Positions 1 to 11,755 of a stretch of 64,000 nt of DNA are shown piece after piece. Within the stretch, counting starts at the first letter, position 1, and every line of letters starts with the position of its first letter. The stretch comes from Octopus bimaculoides (taxonomy: Eukaryota), in the NCBI RefSeq assembly GCF_001194135.2, contig NC_069000.1, positions 7,869,087 through 7,933,086 of the forward strand. The letters run 5' to 3'. The translations under genes and the position numbers were made by a program. The notes under the pieces are model-generated. The model was not told the DNA's origin. It saw only the letters and a list, made by a program, of their open reading frames with translations, and did not search any database.

Positions 1-32
<32 letters not shown>

Positions 33-1665
33 ACAAATATATAAAAGGGTTTCTGGAATAAAAATTTTCTTTTCCCTTGAAATTAAAATTCAGGAAATAT
101 TTCCTGAAAAGTGGTTGTTTTGCTGATCAAAAACCTCTGAAGTTTTGATTTGCTTGCATGAATCCTTTCTTTGTCTAGTTTACAGAAAACTAAGAACAGG
201 TAGCAAAGCATTGCTTGAAAAATATGAACAATAAAGTTGTTGAGACTTTCAAAGACAAGCTACCTATCCTTAATGATACAGAGACTTGTTTTAAAATATT
301 GGCTACCCTTCATGAGATGTTAACAGTGATTGTTTTTAAACATGATCTACTCATAACAAGACATAGCACTATTTGAAACAGTTTGCCTGTAACAATGTAC
401 AATATTGTTTTAAAAAATATATTAACATAACATTAATAGTTTCCTGTTTCCTCTGTCAAAAATATTTGATATGTTGACAGAGCTTCATTTTTAATCCAGA
501 ATTTTCTCAAAACAATTTGTGGCAAGCATTGACAACCTCAGACAAGTTTTTTTTCCCCTTTAAGTTAAAAGATTTATCCAAGCAGGTTTACTGAAGACAG
601 TGCAACAACACACCTGTTCTATGTGTGCTGCAATACTAACACACACCAATACTATCACACACAAGTACTATCACACTCACACTAGTACCATGTGTGTAAT
701 AGTATTGGTGTATTATTATACATAGTACTCTAGTACTATTAGATGCTAATTCTATCAGAAACCAGTTCTATAACATAGTATGTATGTAGTAGCAATGATA
801 TATAGCTACACACCATTATTGAAGTGTACCAATCACTGAACACTCCATGCTGCCAACACATGACTGTCAAACATCAAACAAAACAACTTTCTCCCTAATC
901 TGAGCCAATAAAGAAGGGTTCAACTTGCTAAGAATAACAGCAAAATCCTCTGCACTCTCACTGTTTTAAATAAAAAGGAAGGAGATAATGGACAATGCAA
1001 TTCTAACTATAAAAAAAAAGTGGGCTGGTCATGTTTGGAGTGTCTTTGGGTTTGGAATGTCTTAGAGCTGAGCTGGTGATAAATAACTTATTCCTTTGAC
1101 TTAATGTAATCTCTCAGTTGATTGGTTGGTCATTTTTAATTACAAGGGAAATAATCATCTCACCAGGAACCCATAGGTTTTTTTTCTTCTTCTTTGTATT
1201 GAAATATATTAACCGTTTTTATTTCCCTCTAAATTATTCAATTACTTCTTTAATAAACATATTAATTAATATACCAATACTAATACAAATAGTTTTTAAA
1301 TAAATTCATTATATTTAATATTAACTCTATTTAAAATTATATTTACAACATAAATACTTTAAAATGGAGGTGTACTTGCTAGGCAAGTAATTTTATCTGA
1401 GACAGTCTGTTGAAACTAAAACAATTTCAGCATAGAAGACATATGTTAGCCATTCAAAAGCACACAAAGACTTAACTTCACTTAAGCAATCACCATTTGG
1501 TGTCAAGGTTTTCATCACACCAACTGCAACTTGGTCACTTATGTGATTCCACTGCGCAGTTTGTGGAATGAAAATTTTAACACCAAATGATGAATGTTTA
1601 AGTGAAGATAACAGTCATTGTGTATTTTTGAATGGATAACACGTCTTCCATGTTGTAAAATTATA

Positions 1666-1875
1666 TTGATTTCAAATTTTGGCACAAGGCCAGCAATTTT
1701 TGGGGTTGAGGTAAGTTGATTACACTGACCCCGGTACTCAAACTGGTACTTATTTTATCGATCCCGGAAGGATGAAAGGCAAAGTCAACCTTGGCAGAAT
1801 TTGAACTCAGAATGTGAAGACAGATGAAATACTGCTGAGCATTTTGTCCACTGTGCTAACCATTCTGCCAGCTCT
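1666..1875 (-). mobile_element. tRNA-derived SINE, family B (gagctggcagaa...ttctgagttcaaattc...gcctttcatcc)
   Basis: B-box-like GTTCAAAT; many copies in window; imperfect direct repeat atgttgtaaa..tatt on both sides (possible TSD). Confidence 0.8.
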
Positions 1876-2384
1876 TCCACCGTATGTTGTAAATATATTA
1901 AAATAGTTATCAGTAATGATCAGGTATTTATTGAAAACTTTCCACTTAAAAATTATTTCAGATGATTCCCAGACACTTTAGAAATTTATTTCCACCAAAG
2001 AATGGTCAGATATTTGTTTCTCTCTTCTATTCTATGAGAAATGTGTTTCCTTTTTTATTTTTTTGATAAAAAAAAAAACAAATTTGTTTTGATTTTCTTT
2101 TGTAATATCATCCCATTTAAAATAAATATTTCTGGTTGGTTTAGTCATAAACTCAATATTAAACAGTTATAAACGTTATCTGAATAGAAAGAAGAAGAAG
2201 AGAAGGATGTGAGGAATGTTGTTTATGATTTTTCTGCATTGTGTGTGTTTTGATAATGTGATTCACCTGATTAATTAATTTCAATTATTTGGAAATATTA
2301 ATTAAAAACATTCACAAGTCAAAAGGAGAAAGGAACCCCCTGCCACTTCACAATAATAATAATAATGATAATTTCTGACTCAGG

Positions 2385-2555
2385 CTCAGTGCCCATAATT
2401 TTGAGGGGATGGGAGTCAGTCTGGTACTTTATTTCATCAACTCTGGAGAGATGAAAGGCAGTTAGCCCTGGCAGGATTTGAATTCAGAATGTAAGAGCTT
2501 GGAACAAATACTGCAAGGCATTTTGTCTGGTGCTCTGATGATTCTGCTAATCCAC
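2385..2555 (-). mobile_element. SINE family B copy
   Basis: Similar to 1666-1875; (AAT)n flanks. Confidence 0.7.
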
Positions 2556-2562
2556 CATCCTC

Positions 2563-2594
<32 letters not shown>

Positions 2595-2639
2595 GAAGAA
2601 TAAACAAGACAAAGAATTTCACTTTGATAAATCACAGAT

Positions 2640-3090
2640 AAAAAGCTTAATTTCAAGCTATGAGAAGCAGCAATGGTGATACCATTTATAGGGTCACCTC
2701 AGCAGATAAAAAAGGGAGTAAACTCCAGACACAAAGATGTGTGTCTGTGAGAGAGCTTGAAGGGGGAGGGGGGATGAGATGGGGTACAATATTGTTGCAG
2801 AATAGGAAACATTTTACAGTTTACAGAATAGTTTAGTAAAAAATAGGGGTTTCTTTTTAAAAGTAATAGGGTTGAAAGTTATTTATAAGAGAAGTGACAT
2901 TCACTCTTTTCCCAGGAACTTTGGCAATGTCAAGAGAAATGGTTCCAAATTAGAACCAAAAATACAGCAGAAAATCGAAAGATTTCTTTGTTTGGAACAA
3001 ATGCCCCCTATTTTTTGCAGGGAGGGGTTATAGTTAAACGGTTCAGCTGTCATAACCCTGTAGGATTTAAAAGGCAAAATCAGCCTCAAT
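2640..3090 (-). mobile_element. Possible decayed Penelope-like element 3' end
   Basis: PFNYNPSLQKI resembles the PLE TYxPSL segment; followed by a decayed hammerhead-like CTGCTGA-GGTGA..TCACC at 2705-2675. Confidence 0.35.
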
Positions 3091-3354
3091 TTGATTTGAA
3101 CACAGAATGTTGAGACATCAAACTGGAAGCCATGGAGACTCTAGTTTCAGTTTTCTACCAACTAATGCAACCTTAACACAAATATATTACAGGCTACTAT
3201 TCACCATCTGTGAGTAAACGGTTAGTTAACAAGGGGCATTACAAAACCGTCCACCAAGCAACTTGAAAGACAAAAATTACCAGTTGACATATGTAAACTA
3301 TTAACTAAGTAACCAACAGTTAACAGGAGAGTGTTCTTGAATATCTGACAGTCA

Positions 3355-3670
3355 GTTAACAAAGGACATCAGTGAACATTGATGAATGTCTGACAGTCAG
3401 TTAACAAGAGGAATCAATGAGTGTTCATAAATGCCTGGTTATCAGTTAACAGGAGACACCAGTGAGTGTTCATGGATGTCTCACAGTCCGTTAACACAGG
3501 ACATCAATGAACGTTGATGAACGTGTCACAGTCAGTTAACAGAAGAGATCAGTGAATGTTCATGAATGTCTGATATTTAGTTAACAAGAAACATCATGTG
3601 ACTGTTCATGAATGTCTCATAACCTGTTAACAAAAGACCTCAGTAAATAACCATCATGTATTCAAGAACT
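3355..3670. repeat. 45-bp minisatellite, about 7 units
   Basis: GTTAAC at 3355, 3400, 3445, 3490, 3535, 3580 and 3626. Confidence 0.9.
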
Positions 3671-4350
3671 TCACAGAATTATGTGCATCTAGTGTTATTT
3701 TAGCTGCTATAGTTAACTAGTAAAACAAAGGACATGTACCCCAAAACAGTGAACATGTAGCACAAAATGGTGAACATGTAGCCCAAAATAAACAAGAGCC
3801 ATTGGATGGCTTCATTAATGATGGAACAGAACAGAAAAGAGGACATAATTTTGCAAAATAATCTTGATTCAGATCAATGATTATAAAATGGTCGCTTGAA
3901 TATGAAATACACACACATACACCAAATCTGCAACACATACAGCAATCATATACAAACACACAGACAAGCAAATATCTGAATGTACATACACATATAATAT
4001 GTAAATGTCTATATATAGATGTATGCATGCATATATATATATTTATATATACATAAATAAATACACATACATATATATACATACATATATATTACACACA
4101 CACACAAACATATATATATATACATATATATATTTATATATATATATATACATATATATANNNNNNNNNNNNNNNNNNNNNNNNNNNNNNNNNNNNNNNN
4201 NNNNNNNNNNNNNNNNNNNNNNNNNNNNNNNNNNNNNNNNNNNNNATATATATATACATATTATATATATACATATATGCATGTATATATGTATGAGGGG
4301 GTGTGTGTGTTTGTATATACATATTTATATACATATATACACACACAGAT

Positions 4351-4382
<32 letters not shown>

Positions 4383-4489
4383 TTATACACAGACACACAC
4401 AAAGTGAATATTGTATATTGACACAGAACTGTGGGCCCTTCAATCAATGCAGCTTTTTGGCAAATAATATATATGAATCTATGTGCCTG

Positions 4490-4522
<33 letters not shown>

Positions 4523-4828
4523 ATAGAGAGGAATACAGACAGATATAAATTTAGATATAATTTATCATAAACAATTTCTTTAAAAGCTACTTATCCAACC
4601 AAAACTTCCTTCTAATCAATGAGATCCATGGAGATTGATTTAAATAAATTATATTTATTCTCTGCTTCTATAGTCTATATTTACTGAGTCCTTATTGAAA
4701 ATGCAGGCTAATTCAGCAGTTGTTTATAATGCATATGTGTGTGTGTATATATGTATCTATATGTATGCATATCTCTTTCTCTCTCTCTCTGTACACACAC
4801 ACAAACATATATATATATATATATATAT

Positions 4829-4878
<50 letters not shown>

Positions 4879-5159
4879 TGAGAGAGAGAGATCTACACAC
4901 AAATATACATACATATATATATATATATATATATTCAAAATAATATTTAATACATAATACATACACACATATTCAAAAATTATATACATATATATTACAT
5001 ATATATATATAATTGCCTGCATCCATTATATGTATTTTTGATATGCTTTAATCCATTATGTGTGCGTGTGTGTGTGTGTGTTTGTTCTTAGGCTTAGTTA
5101 CAATAAAGACGATTTTACATTAATCTGAGCAGTTACCCTATACGTTTGTCAAGTACAAG

Positions 5160-5165
5160 TTTATT
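5160..5165 (-). promoter_or_regulatory. Candidate poly(A) signal (AATAAA) of SLC29A4
   Basis: First canonical AATAAA I found on the minus strand after the stop, about 500 nt downstream. Confidence 0.5.
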
Positions 5166-5494
5166 CTCCAACAAAAATGTTGTTGACAGTAACTTCGAAG
5201 TTTTGTCCAGTTAAACAATCATCTGATGATAGCTCAACTAGTTGAAACTTTGAAGCCACACTGTCAACAATATTCTTGTTTAAAAATAAACATATTACAT
5301 ATATACATACATACATACATACACACACACATATATATACATACATACATGCATACATGTGTGTGTGTGTGTGTGTGTATTTGGATATTAGCTTTATGTG
5401 AATTATATGGATGTGTATATGTAAATATGCATGCATATATATGATATATACATATATATATATTTATACACACACACACACACACAAGTTCACA

Positions 5495-5525
<31 letters not shown>

Positions 5526-5667
5526 ACACCCTCACATGCTGTATTAATGCTATATGTAAATAAACCAAAGATATACATAGAAGTTTGATTAAATAAGAAA
5601 AGCTTCTCCCTTGTTCTGTTTGGCTTCACAATCTGTGCCTTATGCCAGTGAAGAGACCCATCTTGCG

Positions 5668-5900
5668 CTAGTTGACGGAGAGGTTAGTAAAGTTTGATAG
5701 AATGCTTGTAGCATTCAAAGAGGCTGGTATTGACGGTGCCATGTGGTGTCCCGCAATGTTGGTGAGGGCAGGATGGTGGGGGTGGACAGCTGCGTTGCAA
5801 ATCGACTCCACCGAGTTGGCACCGATGAAGTAGTCAAGGATGTAGGCCCCAATGCTGCCGGTAGTCATTCCAATGCTGTAGGAAAACATCATGATGTTAC
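5668..5900 (-). CDS. SLC29A4: SLC29A4 coding exon 8 (GNIMMFSYSIGMTTGS...NLSVN*)
   Basis: ttccag| acceptor; 233 nt to TAG; TM11 motif GNxM...GxxxGS; total CDS 1701 nt. Confidence 0.93.
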
Positions 5901-5989
5901 CTGGAAAGAAGAAGGCAGAAGAAGATGGAAGGCTATACCAAGACAACAACAACAATAACAACAGATTAATAATCAGACAGTAAAATTAA

Positions 5990-6450
5990 AATAACAGAAG
6001 CAGAAATCCAGGGAAATTATTGTGATGATGATGATGATGGTGGTGATGGTAATGTTGGTGATAATAATGATGATGGTAATGTTGATGATGATAATAATGA
6101 TGATGATGATTATGAGATTCAGTAAAATACAATAATGGAAGCAGAAATCCAATGAAACTATTCTGATGATGATGATGATGATAACAATGATGACGAAAGC
6201 TTAGATCTGATGAAACTATTGTGATGATGTTGATGGTGATGAATGAGGATGATGCTAATGCTAATGATAATAATGATGACAATTATGTAAGACAATAAAA
6301 TACAATAATGGAAGCAAAGAAATCTGGTGAAACTATTGTGATGATGATGATGATGATGACGATGACAACGGGGGATGATAATGAGGATGATGAGAATGAG
6401 GAAGAGAATGATGATGATGATGATGATGATGAAGACGATAATGTGTAATG
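5990..6450. repeat. Compound (GAT)n repeat with a recurring aatacaataatggaagcagaaatc..gaaactattgt module in the last SLC29A4 intron
   Basis: Module recurs at about 5990, 6123, 6203 (partial) and 6296. Confidence 0.75.
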
Positions 6451-6766
6451 TATACTGTTTCACTCAGACCTTCAGATCCGCAGCAGCAGTAGCATTGTCA
6501 CAATCAGCATCATCATCATCAACATCAGTATTGTCATTATGATCTTCGTACCCTCCCACCCTGCAATCACCACCACCACTACCGCCGCCACCACCACCAC
6601 CNNNNNNNNNNACTGCCGCCGCCGCCACCACCATCACCACCACCACCTGAATTATCGCCTGGTTGGTCATAGATGGAACACCTTAATCACAGGCTTCAAG
6701 GATCAGGGCTGCCCTATGGCTAAGCAACAACAACATCAAAAACAGTGGTGGTGCTGCTGTTGCTGT

Positions 6767-6800
<34 letters not shown>

Positions 6801-6866
6801 GCTACTACTACTGCTACTACTACTACTACAAAGGGAGAAAGAGAGAGAGATGAAGGAGAAGTATAC

Positions 6867-7107
6867 CTGTGATTTCCTTTTTCTCACTGGAGACTTTCAT
6901 TGGTGCCAAGATCATGGGAACACTGCCAAAATATCCATTGGTGACCCCTAATAAGAGAGACGCTAAGACAGCATATCCCTCACCATTTAGTGTTGGTTTG
7001 TGTACTGGCAGGACACACATCATCATCATGGGAACCAAGAGAATTCGGAAACAAGTAAACAGGATAAGACGACCTCGGGGCCAGTCATAAGGAATCGCAG
7101 CAATTAC
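6867..7107 (-). CDS. SLC29A4: SLC29A4 coding exon 7 (VIAAIP...LLGVTNGYFGSVPMILAP...KEIT)
   Basis: ttgcag| and |gtatac; 241 nt, phase 0->1; ENT TM10 motif GxTNGY. Confidence 0.95.
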
Positions 7108-7409
7108 CTGCAAAGCAATCACAATTTAATTACTTTTTAATTACAATTAAAAATTTTATTAAAATGTTCTATAAAGGTGTTACCTTTTTTTTTAACAATG
7201 AAGATTTAAAATACATTTTTTCCATGAGTAGAAGAGAGGAGAAATCATCACTATCATTGTCATCATCATCATGAAATGTCCCCTTTTCCATGCTGGCATG
7301 GATTGGACAATCTGACATGAACTGATAAGCAAGAGGGCTGTGCTAAGTGCCAATGTCCGCTTTGGCATTAGTTTACAGGACATTTATAAAGAAAAAAGAT
7401 ATAGATATA

Positions 7410-7457
7410 GTCTTACAGCTGTTTCTGGGATATTATGGAAATCCCTTCATCAGAGAC
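7410..7457 (-). ncRNA. Minimal type-I hammerhead ribozyme motif with intact core
   Basis: GTCT-CTGATGA-A-GGGAT-ttccataat-ATCCC-A-GAAAC-AGCT-GTA^-AGAC: 4-bp stem I, 5-bp stem II, palindromic stem III. Confidence 0.8.
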
Positions 7458-7762
7458 GATGTGAGATGGTTAAATAGAGGTAAATATTTGAGTTTGAAAT
7501 AAGGAATCATTATGGAAAAGGAGGAGATATTCCCTATCACAAGGCTTTGGTTAGACCGAGACTATAGTAGAAGACATTTGTCCAAGGTGCCACATAATGG
7601 GACTGAACCTAGAACCACTTAGTTGAGAAGCAAGCTTCTTACCACACAGCCATGTCTGCACCTATATAGTAGACCAGCCACCAACTGAGCTACTTCAGCT
7701 TGATTAAATCGAGCCATTCTAGTAAGACCTTATTTAGAAAGAGAGAAATAGGTGAAACTTAC

Positions 7763-7950
7763 TTTGCCAATGAAATCAAATAAATTAAATATAGCCATTA
7801 GAATGACTGGTGTCCAGCTTCGGAGTCGACAGCTGATGATTTGAGATTCAACACCGGGAAACAGAAGCAAGGTTACAAAATAAGCCATTCCAAGAGAAAT
7901 CATATAAGGCCAGACACATTTTGTTGCTTCCCACCGCAATAACAGGGCTC
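7763..7950 (-). CDS. SLC29A4: SLC29A4 coding exon 6 (RALLLRWEATKCVWPYM...FNLFDFIGK)
   Basis: ttccag| and |gtaagt; 188 nt, phase 1->0; ENT motifs YFVTLLLFPG and FNLxDFxGK. Confidence 0.95.
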
Positions 7951-8235
7951 CTGGAAGATAAGAGATGCTTGTTAGATATTACAATCATGTTCAGAGTTAC
8001 AAATACTGTTGGAACTCCTAACCTAAAATTTGAAGTTTTATCAACAGTTTGGTTCAAGAGATATATTTTCAACGTACATTCAGGCAATATGTCAAACAAA
8101 ACACACACACACAAACACAAACACATGTACATGTGTGCGTGTGTGTGTGTGTTTAAGTATATATGAGCATGTCTAGATGTGCAAGTATATGCAAGAGAAG
8201 ACATACATAAAACAAAACATACAAATCTGCATGTA

Positions 8236-8269
<34 letters not shown>

Positions 8270-8490
8270 CACACATACAAAAATACCCAGCTGATGCTAT
8301 TGAAATTCCAATGAAGGAGTCTTGGATGTAGGTTAGAAACTGGTTTTTTTCTCTATTGGCAAGAAATCTTGAAATAAAACTGAACACACACACACAGTGT
8401 ATATCACAACCTGTCTTTATATCTACATCTCTATATTAACCACCCCACTCCTCACCCTTATGATATATATTTGCAGTTTTTTTTACTTAC

Positions 8491-8734
8491 TTTTAACTGA
8501 TGACATTTTCGGAACTTGAACTTTGTAAATGTGACCTTTATATTTGACCTCTTGTTCATTGATTTTAGTCAGTTCTGTTGCTGTGGCTGGTTTTATTTCT
8601 GGATTGGTTGGTGTTGTAGGGGTCACAGGTGCTGATCCTGTCAGGAACTCCTGCTGTATGCTGGCAGATGTTGGACTCTGAATCACCAGAACGCCGTAAC
8701 TACCTCGTTGACCAGTGTGGTCCATTATGTCCAC
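8491..8734 (-). CDS. SLC29A4: SLC29A4 coding exon 5 (large cytoplasmic loop, VDIMDH...MSSVK)
   Basis: ttccag| and |gtaagt; 244 nt, phase 0->1, open and phase-compatible with both neighbours; low-conservation loop. Confidence 0.85.
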
Positions 8735-9256
8735 CTGGAAATGGTAAAAAAAAAAGAAAAAACGACAACAACAAAAAAACAAATTTCAGAAATAACAATC
8801 TCCTTCGTCATTAAACATTTCTAATTAATTGTTGCAAAATAAAGACTTTGAAGTGGGGTGTTAAGGGTGGGGAGATAGAAATCCTGTAAGGTTCCAGTCC
8901 AACCTGATCATAATGAAAATGGGCTTGATGATGGTGATGATGATGTTGATGGCAATGATGATGATGATGGCAAGTGGGTGATAATGAAGATGACAATGAC
9001 AATGGTAGTGATGATTAGGAAGGACTATTATAGATGCATTAGATTAATACTTAAAACAGAGCTAAATACAATAAATAAAGCAGGCATTAATACTCCAGCT
9101 GTTCCAGTTAAAAGTTACAGTTTTAAAATTCTCAGTTGGATATTAAATGAACTAAAAAGACTAGAGAGACGAACAAGGAAAACGACACACACACACACAC
9201 TCACACACACACACACTCACACACACACACACACTCACACACACTATGTATATCAA

Positions 9257-9355
<99 letters not shown>

Positions 9356-9490
9356 AGTTAGATAGATAGATATAGATATATATAAAACACTACCAAAGTG
9401 ATCACACACACACATAACACCTTCAAAGTAATCACTCACATACATATATAGCATTACCAAAGTAACCATACACACACCACACACACACAC

Positions 9491-9523
<33 letters not shown>

Positions 9524-9705
9524 AATAAATAACATTCTCATTTCCTTGTCTCTATTCTGCTTCATTGCAGAATCCACACTCTCTCATGGATTAATTAATG
9601 AATAAAACTGATCAAAGACCCTTTTATTGACTTTAAAAACTCCCCCAACTAGGATAAGCTTTTGATGAGCATCTATGAAATAAAAACACAGCTTACTAAG
9701 CTTAC

Positions 9706-9956
9706 TTCCTCGGTGAAGGGACCAGATGCTGGATTAGGGTTGGCAATTCCTCGCTGTTCTTCTGCCACACCGGCCATCTCACATTGGCTGACATAATAAC
9801 GTACAAACTGACTGCGTCGCACCACATGGAACAGGACGAAACAGAGGCAGACGATTGTCAGTGAAATTGTGAAGAAGATGATCGTGTTTGTTCTCTGGTT
9901 GTGTAGCAGGGCTTTTGTGAGGATACGATTGCTTGAGATGACTAAACCTGCTGCAC
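9706..9956 (-). CDS. SLC29A4: SLC29A4 coding exon 4 (SAAGLVISSNRILTKALL...GPFTEE); not the frame shown in the ORF track
   Basis: Hand translation; aaacag| and |gtaagc; 251 nt, phase 1->0; aligns by eye with ENT4 TM5-6 (AGVMISLSRILTKLLL...VRRSRFV). Confidence 0.92.
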
Positions 9957-10081
9957 CTGTTTGCGGAAGGAAAAAAAAATGAGAAAAATAAACATAGACA
10001 TAAGCAACAACAGTTACAATGATGATGATGATGATGATGATGATGGTGGTGGTAGGGCCTCGAGGACAGTATCAAAAGGTA

Positions 10082-10330
10082 TTCATCATCATCATCATCA
10101 TCATCGTTTAATGTCTGCTTTCCATGCTAGCATGGGTTGGACGATTTGACTGAAGACTGGCGAACTAGATGGCTGCACCAGGCTCCAATCTGATTTGGCA
10201 GAGTTTCTACAGCTGGATGCCCTTTCTAACGCCAACCACTCCGAGAGTGTAGTGGGTGCTTTTACGTGTCACCAGCACGAAGGCCAGTCAGGAGTTACTG
10301 GCAACGGCCATGCTCGAAATGGTGTATTTT
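10082..10330 (-). mobile_element. SINE family A ((GAT)n-tailed) in SLC29A4 coding intron 3
   Basis: (CAT)n-cgtttaatgtctgctttccatgctagcatgggttggacg...ctggatgccc...ccactccgagagtgtagtggg; similar copies at 7255-7385, 38518-38700, 40739-40922 and 41271-41600. Confidence 0.85.
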
Positions 10331-10434
10331 ACTTCAAAAAGGTTCAGTTAAGAAAGAAGAAAGGGAGACGGTGAGAAAAGGGAGGGAAATGAAGAGACAG
10401 ACAGTGAGGGTAAAAGAATTTAAATAATACTTAC

Positions 10435-10509
10435 TTTCTCCTGTCATGACAGCTTGTGTGTAACGATGAGGTAGCATACTGGTGTAACCATAGAAACTGG
10501 ATTGTTGAA
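10435..10509 (-). CDS. SLC29A4: SLC29A4 coding exon 3 (IQQSSFYGYTSMLPHRYTQAVMTGE)
   Basis: ttgtag| and |gtaagt; 75 nt, phase 1->1; near-identical to the ENT4 signature QQSSFYGYTGMLPKRYTQGVMTGES. Confidence 0.96.
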
Positions 10510-10544
10510 CTACAATGGAGAGATAATGATCAGTTGGTGAGGAA

Positions 10545-10810
10545 GAACTAGTGGGAATATAGGACAGAATGATAAGAATACAGGACATAGTGGTGGGAAT
10601 ATAGGACAGAAGTGATGAGAATCGAGGATAAAACTGGTAGCAATATAGGACAGAATGGTGGGGATATAAGACAGAGTGGTGGGAATATTGGACAGAATAG
10701 TGGAAATATAGGATAGAACTGATAGGAATATAGGATAGAACTGATAGGAATATAGGACAGAATGGTGGGGATGTAGGGTAGGGTAGTGGAATGTAGGGCA
10801 GAGTGCTGAG
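10545..10810. repeat. About 21-bp minisatellite (ggtgggaatataggacagaat)n
   Basis: Roughly 12 degenerate tandem units. Confidence 0.85.
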
Positions 10811-11174
10811 AATTTATTGACATATCTGGTAATAGAACAGCAAAAGGAATGTTTAATTTGCTATAAACATAGAAAGTTAATTAGGTTTGATATGGTGACG
10901 GGTGAGTCAAAATGATGAGTCAATAGAATTCTTGCAATTTGGCTTCCGATCAATATTTTGTAAAGAAATAATTTAGTTGATTTGAATAACCTTTGATTCT
11001 GTGGAGGAGAAAAAGAGAAAACTTGGCCCCGGGGCAAAAATGAAACCAGGCTGGAGTTTATCCAATATCAAGAAGTAAATAATCACTATACTTTGTTATA
11101 TAATTCAAAGTATAGGGCAGACATCATGATGTCACAGTTAGATATGTTGGCACGATTGGCATATATATGTTCAT

Positions 11175-11755
11175 AAACTGACCATTATTGTGTCAGCTGT
11201 TAGCCTGACCACAACTGCCTTATCTGGTACACTGACCATTACTATCTCAACTGACAAACTGACTGCAACTGTCTCAATTTACTGTTACTATCTTATTTGA
11301 TAGACTGACCGTTACCATCTAAACTGGTGAACTGAATATTACTGTCTCAACTGATAAACTGACCATTACCATCTTGGCTGACAGACTGACCTTTCCATCT
11401 CAAATGAGAGGTTGACCATTAATGTCTCAGTTGATAGACTATTATTGCCTTAATTGATAGACTGACCACAAATGTTTCAATTGACCATTACTTAGTTGAT
11501 AGACTGATCAGTACTGTCTCAACTGATAAACTGACCATTAGTCTCAGTTATTAGACTGACCATTACTGCCTCGATTGATAGACTGACCACAACTGTTTTA
11601 GTTAACCATAACTGTCTCAGTTGTTAGACTGATCAGTACTGTTTCACTTGACAAATTGACCATTACTGATACAATTGATAAACTGACCCTTAGTCTATTA
11701 CCATCTCAGTTGATAGACTGGACTATACTGTCTCAGCTGGTAGACTGAAAATTAC
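11175..11755. repeat. About 27-bp minisatellite (actgaccattactgtctcaactgatag)n
   Basis: Roughly 20 degenerate tandem units in SLC29A4 intron 2. Confidence 0.9.

Noticed and set aside
5221-5252. CTGATGA...GAAAC inside the 3'UTR hairpin loop
   Set aside because: No stem II pairing and no NUH triplet with stem III.
3717-5485. ORFs rich in YI/HT/CV/LS/RE dipeptides (also 19.9-22.5 kb, 27 kb and N-gap-spanning ORFs)
   Set aside because: Translations of (TA)n, (CA)n, (GA)n and (TATG)n microsatellites and assembly gaps.
9779-10075. ORF-track peptide (His/Cys-rich) overlapping exon 4
   Set aside because: Wrong frame; the true exon is in another frame, bounded by splice sites at 9956 and 9706.
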